Assembly (NCBI GenBank): GCA_026390345.1
Contig: JAPLGD010000037.1
Coordinates: forward strand, 1-60,099
Source of the DNA: Candidatus Bipolaricaulota bacterium
GTDB lineage: Bacteria > Bipolaricaulota > Bipolaricaulia > UBA7950 > UBA9294
Direction: 5' to 3'
Length of the DNA: 60,099 nucleotides
Shown here: positions 46,781 to 54,242 of the stretch, piece after piece
Layout of the letters: each line of letters opens with the position of its first letter
Position numbering within the stretch: position 1 is the stretch's first letter
Translations under genes and position numbers: made by a program
The notes under the pieces: generated by a model
The model's input: only the letters and a program-made list of their open reading frames with translations
What the model was told of the DNA's origin: nothing
Database searches by the model: none

Positions 46781-47007
46781 GCTCAATTCCATTATACCCT
46801 TCGTTCCCCCGGGCCGAATAGCTCCCGCCCGCAACGCGACCAACGCACAGGCGGATACGGCGCAAGTATGATTCTCGGACCATTCTGTGGAGCCGTTCGG
46901 GCCACGCTGTGGGGAAGTTGTGAGTGCGACGGACTCGGATTGCCTTCCCGCGAGCGGACGACTACCATTCCCGACAACGTGGTCAAGTCCAGGTCTGGTG
47001 AGGGGGA

Positions 47008-48081
47008 ATGAAGCGGCTACTTGTTGTCTCCACAGAAGAGCACTCCGGGAAGAGCCTTCTCTCCCTCGGGCTCGGGCGGGCTCTTCAGGACCGCGGCACA
47101 ACGATCGCCTACATGAAGCCGATCAGCCACGAGGTGTCTTATGCGACGGGCGCCCCGATCGACGAAGATGTCGACACGCTGCGCTCGCTTCTCTCGCTCG
47201 AAGACGACGTGCACGACATGGCTCCAGTGCCCCTTGAGGGACCGTTCCTTCACGAGGCCATCGAGTCAGGAGACCGGGGATTCCGCCAGCGCATCATCGA
47301 CGCGTTCGCGCGTCTGACGCATGCACGGGACGTCGCCATCATCGAGGGCCGAAGTTACCTAGGGCTCGGAGTGAGCGCCGGGTTGAGCGATCTCGACCTG
47401 GCCGACTTGCTGGAGGCGGACGTTCTTCTCCTCACGCAGTACGACGGCGAAGAGGCCGTCGACCGGATCCTCTGCGCCCTGCGGCTGTTCGAAGGCGGTC
47501 CGAACATCCTCGGCGTCATCCTCAAAGACGTTCCTCTCGACCGCTCCTACACGCGAATCGAGGAGGTCTTCGTCTCCTTCCTTGCCGACCGGGGTGCCGA
47601 GGTTCTCGGGATCATTCCGTACGATCCGAACCTACGATCCGTGAACACGGACGAAATCGCGAAGCGACTCGGCGGCCGTGCTCTCACACGCCCGGACCTC
47701 AACCGCCAGGTGCGTCACTTCGTCGTCGGCGCGATGGGAACCGAAGCCTCGCTCCGCAGCTTCCGTCGAACCCCGGAGTTCGCGGTGATCACCGGCGGCG
47801 ACCGAGAGGACATCCACCTTGCGGCCCTACAGGTTCCCGAGTTGCGGTGCCTCGTGCTGACCGGCAACCATCGCCCGGCCCGCGAGGTCTTGGATCAAGC
47901 GGAGAGTTCCGGCGTGCCGGTCATCCTTGCCGGCCAGAACGCGATGGTCACTGCGTCCTTGTGCTCGAGCATGCTCAACCGGTTCTGGATCCGTCCCGGA
48001 GCGACCCTCGACTACGCCGTCGACCACGTTCGGTCCAACATTGACGTCGAGCGCATTGTGCAGAAGGCCGCAGATCCCTAG
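47008..48081 (+). CDS. Phosphotransacetylase-family protein (BioD-like N-terminus + DRTGG)
   Basis: HSGKS, YMKPI, IIEG, ITGGDREDI, CLVLTG. Confidence 0.88.
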   Translation: MKRLLVVSTEEHSGKSLLSLGLGRALQDRGTTIAYMKPISHEVSYATGAPIDEDVDTLRSLLSLEDDVHDMAPVPLEGPFLHEAIESGDRGFRQRIIDAFARLTHARDVAIIEGRSYLGLGVSAGLSDLDLADLLEADVLLLTQYDGEEAVDRILCALRLFEGGPNILGVILKDVPLDRSYTRIEEVFVSFLADRGAEVLGIIPYDPNLRSVNTDEIAKRLGGRALTRPDLNRQVRHFVVGAMGTEASLRSFRRTPEFAVITGGDREDIHLAALQVPELRCLVLTGNHRPAREVLDQAESSGVPVILAGQNAMVTASLCSSMLNRFWIRPGATLDYAVDHVRSNIDVERIVQKAADP

Positions 48082-48485
48082 GCGGCGTCGACCCGGGTCT
48101 CGTAGGTGATCTTCGCCACCCCAGCGAGCGTGTTGGCAATGGGGCAATACTTCGCGAGGGAAAGGTCGATCGCCTTCTTGAGGTTCTCTGCAGGCACGGG
48201 GCCCGTGACGACGTACACGAGCCGCAGTTTCCGAATGACTTTGGGGTGCTCCGTCGCGCGTTCGTCCTCAATCTCGACACGGAGAGCCTTGGGCTCCGTG
48301 TTCATCTTGCGCAGGATCGACACGACGTCCATCCCCGTGCACCCGCCCAGCGCACAGAGGAGCGTCTCGACCGGACGCGCGGCGCTGTTCGCGCCGAGCG
48401 GCTCCGCGGCGTCCATCTCCACCTCGTGGCCGCTTGCTCCCTTTCCCACAAACCGCATTCCGCCCGCCCAGTCAACTCGTGTCAC
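48078..48485 (-). CDS. OsmC/YhfA-family protein
   Basis: ARPVETLLCALGGCTGMDV, LSLAKYCPI (two catalytic-type Cys). GTG after GGAGG. Confidence 0.9.
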   Translation of the reverse strand: MTRVDWAGGMRFVGKGASGHEVEMDAAEPLGANSAARPVETLLCALGGCTGMDVVSILRKMNTEPKALRVEIEDERATEHPKVIRKLRLVYVVTGPVPAENLKKAIDLSLAKYCPIANTLAGVAKITYETRVDAA

Positions 48486-48502
48486 GGATCCTCCACTATT
48501 AG

Positions 48503-48544
48503 AATATTTAGATACTTGACAACCCACCTCTCGACGAGTAGGAT
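48503..48544 (+). promoter_or_regulatory. arsR-grx promoter with AT-rich candidate operator
   Basis: TTGACA(48516-48521)-17 bp-TAGGAT(48539-48544). Near-palindrome TATTTAGATA at 48505-48514. Confidence 0.65.
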
Positions 48545-48573
48545 GCTAGATCGAGGAGGGCAAAGGAGCAACA

Positions 48574-48867
48574 ATGTCGGAGCGCACGGCGCGGAGTCGG
48601 TGGGCAGAAGCCTTCGCCGCTCTCGGAAGCGAGCCTCGCCTCCAGATCGTCGAGCGGTTGATGCAGGGTCCCATCCATTGCCAGGAGGTTCTCGGCGGCC
48701 TGAAACTGAGCCAGCCGGCCGTGTCGTACCACCTGGGAAAGCTTGAACGGGCGGGGGTCCTGCGCAAGGAGAGGAACGGGACTCGGAACTGCTACCGGAT
48801 CGAAAACCGCTTGGAGCACGTCCTGAAGTCGTGCATGAAGGAGGATGGATCGTGGACCACACTGTGA
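48574..48867 (+). CDS. ArsR/SmtB-family transcriptional regulator
   Basis: FAALG.EPRLQI, LSQPAVSYHL..L..AGVL. Confidence 0.92.
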   Translation: MSERTARSRWAEAFAALGSEPRLQIVERLMQGPIHCQEVLGGLKLSQPAVSYHLGKLERAGVLRKERNGTRNCYRIENRLEHVLKSCMKEDGSWTTL

Positions 48868-49091
48868 TCGTCTACTCAACCCCGACGTGCTCGTGGTGCA
48901 TGGCGGTGAAGCAGCACCTGCGCTCCCACGCCGTGTCGTTTGAGGAAGTCGACGTCTCCTCGGACATGCAGAAGGCCAAGGCAATGGTCGAGAAGAGCGG
49001 TCAGTACGGCGTTCCCGTGGTAGACATCGACGGCGAGATCGTCGTGGGTTTCGACCGGCCTCGCATCGAGGCCCTCCTCGGGATCGAGTAG
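48852..49091 (+). CDS. Glutaredoxin-like protein (NrdH/YruB type)
   Basis: VYSTPTCSWC (CxxC), SGQYGVPVVDIDG, VGFD. Confidence 0.92.
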   Translation: MDHTVIVYSTPTCSWCMAVKQHLRSHAVSFEEVDVSSDMQKAKAMVEKSGQYGVPVVDIDGEIVVGFDRPRIEALLGIE

Positions 49092-49122
49092 TCGGGCCGC
49101 CAGCGGATCCGCGGCGTCCGTC

Positions 49123-49686
49123 TCAGGACGTGAAGAGCGGCAGCGGATCGCGGGCGGCCGCGGGCCTTCCCTTCGTGCCGGCCGCGCGCCCGAAGGGCGG
49201 CGTCACACTCGGCACGTACGTCACGGAGACAAACCCTTCCTCGCGGTCGACGGGCTCGTACTGCGCGACCAGATCGGCGTACGCCTTCCGCGGAAAGGCT
49301 CGAAGGCGCACGTACGGTTTCTCGATCGCAAGCCGCTTCGTGTTTCGCTCCATCCGGTCGTAGAGCGCGTCCGGAGACGTCATCGGAAGTACGTGCGCGT
49401 GTGGTTCCCGGCCGGAGAGCTGAGCGAGCTCGACGAGCGACAGCCGATCCGCCCGAGTGAGGTTTGGTTCATCCACACAGACACTCTCGGCCGAGGAATC
49501 CACCGCCTCGACGAGCGCGCACTGGAAGATTCGATCCACGGTGCTCTCGAACGCAGGGTCGTACGTAGAACGGAACATCCATTCCCGAATGGCCCCTCGG
49601 GAGACAATCACCCATTCTGGATGCTCACGCTGGAACGCCGTCTTCCCTGACCCGGGCAGCCCGACGAGGACGACCAACTGTCTCAT
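49123..49686 (-). CDS. AAA_33/polynucleotide-kinase-like P-loop protein
   Basis: LVGLPGSGKT, VSRGAIR, VCVDEPNL..ADR. Confidence 0.75.
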   Translation of the reverse strand: MRQLVVLVGLPGSGKTAFQREHPEWVIVSRGAIREWMFRSTYDPAFESTVDRIFQCALVEAVDSSAESVCVDEPNLTRADRLSLVELAQLSGREPHAHVLPMTSPDALYDRMERNTKRLAIEKPYVRLRAFPRKAYADLVAQYEPVDREEGFVSVTYVPSVTPPFGRAAGTKGRPAAARDPLPLFTS

Positions 49687-49777
49687 TCGCTTCTTCCCCC
49701 CACCCGTGAAACTCCCCGCCAGTATGGGGCATCCCGAGGGGACAGACAAGTGACGGACTGGAGGAAGGCGCAGCTCC

Positions 49778-50923
49778 CTAGAACGGGAACGAGTGCGAGA
49801 CCACGATGCGGTCGAACCCGGTCTTCGAAACCGCCAGCGAGAAGGTGAGGTCGCCCAACTCCGCGGTCGGCTGGCCGATACAGCAGGCAAGATCGAAGCG
49901 AAGCGTAACTTGAGCCGATGGAATGTCGAATTCCATCCCCCCCTCGTACTGGTCGATGATCTCGAACGTCGGGGTCACGTTGATCGACCACGCCTCGAAG
50001 GCGCGCGTCCAGTTGAAGCTCAAGGCCAAGAGCGTGTCGGAGTCGAAGGACGCCGTCGACAGGAGTTGCCCGTCGAGGAACGGCCGACGCATCGAGATGC
50101 TGCCCTGCACGAACGCGTCCTCGTACGCGAACGTCGCGTTGAGAGCGATGTCCCCGACGATTCCGCCGATGCTGAGGGAAGAGCTCTCGTAGGAGAAGAG
50201 GTCCGAGAACCGAGCGTTCGCGCGAAGGGTGAAGCCATCCAAGAGCGGAATCGGCAGCTGCCCGCTCCACGAGACGGTCTCCGAGTCCAGCCCGGTCTGC
50301 CCGAACAGGACGTCCAAGGCCGCCCGCCCCCCGCACAGCTCAAGGTCCGACACGGAGAGCCGCAGGCCGTCGTAGGACGGAATGCAGCTCGCTTCCTCGA
50401 CTTGCCCGTAGGGGGTGGCCCCGAGTCCGAGGATGACAGAGATCCGGGCGAAGCCCTGGATGACCCCGGCGATTCGAATCGTCATCCCTGCGCCGATGGC
50501 GGACACTGTCTGCGTCCCAAGCTCAGTAACCAAGAAAGTCACCGCGTACGCGATCCCCTCGGACCGACCGGACACGGACAGGTCAGCGCGGCTGAACCTG
50601 TCGCCCGTGAACGAGCCGCTGCCCTGAAGCGATAGGTCGCCGAACGGAGCGCTGACTCGGACGCTCTCAGCAAGGAGCCCTTCATTTCCGAAACTGGTTC
50701 GACTCGAAATCGAGAATCGATCGTAGCGGTACGTAACCGCCAGCGACTCGCTCAGCGCGAGCGTCGCGATATCCATGTCCGACATGGACAAGGAGAACGT
50801 GTTGGCCCCGGACAGAGAGACCTGCGCGGCGGACGCGCCGAGGGGAACGAAGACCAGGAAGAGTCCGAGGACGACTCCCAGCCCGAGGCCTTCCTTATTC
50901 CAGCGCAATCTCCCCTTGCCCAT
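49778..50923 (-). CDS. Secreted beta-barrel-like outer-membrane-type protein
   Basis: Signal peptide, ~350 aa of Ser/Gly/Phe-rich alternating strands, C-terminal SHSFPF. Start uncertain (in-frame ATG also at 51010). Confidence 0.65.
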   Translation of the reverse strand: MGKGRLRWNKEGLGLGVVLGLFLVFVPLGASAAQVSLSGANTFSLSMSDMDIATLALSESLAVTYRYDRFSISSRTSFGNEGLLAESVRVSAPFGDLSLQGSGSFTGDRFSRADLSVSGRSEGIAYAVTFLVTELGTQTVSAIGAGMTIRIAGVIQGFARISVILGLGATPYGQVEEASCIPSYDGLRLSVSDLELCGGRAALDVLFGQTGLDSETVSWSGQLPIPLLDGFTLRANARFSDLFSYESSSLSIGGIVGDIALNATFAYEDAFVQGSISMRRPFLDGQLLSTASFDSDTLLALSFNWTRAFEAWSINVTPTFEIIDQYEGGMEFDIPSAQVTLRFDLACCIGQPTAELGDLTFSLAVSKTGFDRIVVSHSFPF

Positions 50924-51094
50924 ACACGGACAAGAGTACGGATGGAGCGGCCTCGGCCGGTCCCACCCGCTCCGTCGCCGATCCGTTCTTGTCCGTTCGT
51001 CGAAGGACATCGGGCACTCGGAGCGAGACCCTCCTCAAGAGAACGCTCACGATGCCTTTCGAAGTGCCCTAGGGACGCCGCGACCTCTCAGGGA

Positions 51095-51460
51095 TCAGTC
51101 GACGTAGTCCTCGATGTCGTCCAGCTGGCGCTGCATGGCGTCGAGCATGTACTTGATGTCGTCGAGCGTCCAGCGTTGCACGTCGAAGAAGCCGTACTGG
51201 GAGTCCGTCATCTTGACAGACACCTGATGAACCAAGTCGACCTCGGCGTCAAGATCTGCGATCGTGTCCTCCATTGTCGCGATACGTGCCTCAAGCAGGT
51301 CGAGCCGGTTCTTCCCATCCTGCGTCACGAGAAGGTCATAGACCTGCTGCAACGTGACCGGCGACGGAGAGGACGCTTGCCCGGCGAAGAGCGCAAAACA
51401 CACCCCCACGATCGCTACGGCTCCCAGGATCCCCGCCAGTCGATACCATCGCCTCTTCAT
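51095..51460 (-). CDS. Secreted/anchored coiled-coil protein (121 aa)
   Basis: ATG after AAGGAGG; signal/TM followed by an acidic heptad repeat. Confidence 0.75.
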   Translation of the reverse strand: MKRRWYRLAGILGAVAIVGVCFALFAGQASSPSPVTLQQVYDLLVTQDGKNRLDLLEARIATMEDTIADLDAEVDLVHQVSVKMTDSQYGFFDVQRWTLDDIKYMLDAMQRQLDDIEDYVD

Positions 51461-51557
51461 CGGTTCCTCCTTCTTCCTATTCAGTCCGATTCTACCTCGT
51501 CGCGCGCCTCCTGCCCGCCCCAGCAGTGTACGCCGAGGGCGCACGAGCGGGAACTGC

Positions 51558-52922
51558 TCACGGGCGGCGCAGTCGCTCCACCGCGCCCCACGCGTCGACA
51601 AGTCCGTTCCCGAAGAGCGCGTCCCGTCCTCGCTGTCCGAGATCCTCGCACGAACTCTCGAGGACAGCGATCGCTTTGTCGGCGGAGAGCTCGGGGGCAA
51701 GCGAGAGAATCAGCGCCAGGATCCCGGACACATGCGGAGCGGCAAACGAGGTCCCGGACTCGGTTGCCGGCCTTCCGCCCGCAGTGAACGCCGTGATCTC
51801 GTCCCCGGGAGCGCAGACGGCGACCTCAGGCCCGCGGTTGCTGAATGCCGCGAGAAGGTCGCCGCGATCCGTCGCCGACACAGCAAGGACACTGCCGTAC
51901 TTGCCGGGGTACATCACCTGGTTCTCGCCGAGGTTTCCGGAGATCCCGACAATGATGACCCCGCGCGCCCGGGCGCTCGAAAGGGCTTGCTCGAAGTAGT
52001 CCGGCGGGCGGGCGTTCGAAAAGATGCTCAGGTTGATGATCCGAGCGCCGTTGTTCACAGCGTACTCGATCGCTCGCACGAAGGTCCTCCAATCCGACGA
52101 CCCAAAACGATTCGAAGAATCAAGGAAGCGGACGTCCATGATCGACACGCCGGGGGCGACGCCGACAATGGGGTACTCGCCGGGACGCGCGGCAATGATT
52201 GACGCCACAAACGTTCCGTGCCCGTGAAGGGGCGTCCCCGTGAGCGAACTCGCATCGTTGTCGCGAAAATCCCATCCGTGCACGTCGTCGACGTAGCCGT
52301 TGTAATCGTCATCGACGCCGTTGCCGGGCACTTCATCGGGATTCGTCCAGAGGCTCGCGGCGACCTGAGGGATGCGGGCGTCGACGCCGGAGTCGATTAC
52401 GGCGACGATCACGGCGGGATTGCCGTGCGAGACAGTCCAGGCCTTCGGTCCCCCGATCCGGACGAGGCCCCAGTTGCTCGGCTGCTGGTACACCGTGTAG
52501 AGGCCCGGACTCGGGGAGGGCGACGGAGCCAGCGGGAGGGCGACGGGGAGGATCTGGAACGGCAGCGTCCCCGACGTCAGGGTCCCGCCCACCTCGAGCG
52601 CGATTTCCAGAAGGTACGCTCCGGCGATCTGGTACTCCCACCGGCTGCTCGCCTCGACGACAACCAGCGCTCCCGCGTCCGCGGAGAACGGACCGACCGG
52701 GACCTGATCGATCCCCTGCCCGGCGTGCCCCATGTCCCGCAGGGTCGCCGTTCCCCGCACGTTCTCCTGTGGGAGCGCCGTGGGATTCGAGAACTGGAAC
52801 GACACGGTGAAGGGGACGAGGTTCACGATCTCGATCTTCTGGATCTGCGCTTCACCGGCGGCCGTCCCGAGAGAGAGAATGGCGAGGACGACGACGATAC
52901 GCAGGACGCGCGGCTTCCTCAT
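51558..52922 (-). CDS. S8 subtilase with N-terminal Ig-like domain
   Basis: Catalytic triad VIDSG / HGTFVA / GTSFAAP; WTNPDEVPGNGVDDD.NGYVDD insertion; signal peptide. Confidence 0.93.
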   Translation of the reverse strand: MRKPRVLRIVVVLAILSLGTAAGEAQIQKIEIVNLVPFTVSFQFSNPTALPQENVRGTATLRDMGHAGQGIDQVPVGPFSADAGALVVVEASSRWEYQIAGAYLLEIALEVGGTLTSGTLPFQILPVALPLAPSPSPSPGLYTVYQQPSNWGLVRIGGPKAWTVSHGNPAVIVAVIDSGVDARIPQVAASLWTNPDEVPGNGVDDDYNGYVDDVHGWDFRDNDASSLTGTPLHGHGTFVASIIAARPGEYPIVGVAPGVSIMDVRFLDSSNRFGSSDWRTFVRAIEYAVNNGARIINLSIFSNARPPDYFEQALSSARARGVIIVGISGNLGENQVMYPGKYGSVLAVSATDRGDLLAAFSNRGPEVAVCAPGDEITAFTAGGRPATESGTSFAAPHVSGILALILSLAPELSADKAIAVLESSCEDLGQRGRDALFGNGLVDAWGAVERLRRP

Positions 52923-54220
52923 CCAGCCCGATCCTCGTCTGCTTCCGCAAACCAGCGGAGAGCCTGATCGAGCGACACCTCCTCCGTCTCTCCCCACCCG
53001 CCCGACCGAATCCGCAGGGTCACGGGGAAGGAGAAGAGCGAGGTCACGTCGGAGGCAAAACGCCGCAGCCGTTCTGCCGCCACCGCCGCCCCGTCCGTCG
53101 GCGTCTCTGGAAGGATGGCCGCCAAACGATACGAGTCGATTCGGAACACCGTGTCGACCCTCCGCAAGCCCGAGACGAAGAAGGTCGACGCTCGCACCAG
53201 CGCGCGCGTTTGGTCTTCCGGCGCCTGGCCTGGCAGGCCTTCGACCTCCAGCACGAGGACCGACGTCGGGTGCTTGTATCGTCGCCCCTTGCTGAGCTCG
53301 ATCTCGAGTTGCTCGCGGAAGTGATCGGCGTTGTACAGTCCCGTGACGTCGTCGAGGACGACGAGCTTCTTCAATTCCTGTTCGTGGGAGTGGATGACCT
53401 TCGTCATCAGGTTGAACCGATCGACCAACTGCGCGACCTCGTCGCGAACGGGCGTCCCGGGAGTCCTGGGCGGCAGCTTGACCTCCACTTCGTAGTCGCG
53501 CATGGCGACCGCGGCCGTCGCCTGGGCCAGTCGGCCGATCGGCCGAGTCACGATGGCGCGCAGCACAAAGAAGAGGCTTCCCCCCAAGAGAAGAAAGCCG
53601 ACCACGGATCCCAGGGCGAACTGCCACGAGAGGCGGCGGTCGTAGGCGGCCATCTCGTCGGTCGACATGTCCACGATGACGACGCCGACGAGGTCGGCCC
53701 CGGAGAGGATCGGCTGGTAGGCGCGCCACGCACGGGTTCCCCGAGCGCGCTCCACGGTCGCTTCATTCCCTTGCATCTGTTCATACCGCGCCCTGACCGT
53801 GTCCGAGGCGAGCTCTCCAACCTTCGTGGGGTCGGTGCTCGCGACCGTCAGGAACCCGCGCGCCGTCGCTCCGATGACCGTGATCTCGATGATGGATTCG
53901 TAGCGCGCAAGGAGTTGGTCGATGTCCGCACTGAGTTCGTTGGAGTAGTAGAGGACGTAGTCCTTCTCCTGGATCGACTTCGAGATGAGGCTCGCCACGC
54001 TCCGGGCCCGCTGCTCGTAGATCGACCCGATCGACGCGTGGAGCGATACGAACGCAAACCAAGAGAGGGCGCCCACGACGGCGCACGCGATCAGGAGGAC
54101 GGGAACGATCAACTTCCACTGCAGGGACGTTCCGTACCGAATCGCGGACCGCATTCGCGCCGGCCGACCGGTGTCCGATCGGTCGTCCTTCCGGGTCTTC
54201 GACTCGATGTTCGTACTCAT
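52919..54220 (-). CDS. Membrane Cache-like/HAMP/degenerate GGDEF protein (probable c-di-GMP receptor)
   Basis: Two TMs, HAMP, DDVTGLYN. I-site RRVD is intact, while the A-site is DSYRL instead of GG(D/E)EF. Confidence 0.8.
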   Translation of the reverse strand: MSTNIESKTRKDDRSDTGRPARMRSAIRYGTSLQWKLIVPVLLIACAVVGALSWFAFVSLHASIGSIYEQRARSVASLISKSIQEKDYVLYYSNELSADIDQLLARYESIIEITVIGATARGFLTVASTDPTKVGELASDTVRARYEQMQGNEATVERARGTRAWRAYQPILSGADLVGVVIVDMSTDEMAAYDRRLSWQFALGSVVGFLLLGGSLFFVLRAIVTRPIGRLAQATAAVAMRDYEVEVKLPPRTPGTPVRDEVAQLVDRFNLMTKVIHSHEQELKKLVVLDDVTGLYNADHFREQLEIELSKGRRYKHPTSVLVLEVEGLPGQAPEDQTRALVRASTFFVSGLRRVDTVFRIDSYRLAAILPETPTDGAAVAAERLRRFASDVTSLFSFPVTLRIRSGGWGETEEVSLDQALRWFAEADEDRAG

Positions 54221-54242
54221 GACAGCTCCTCTTCCTCGATGC

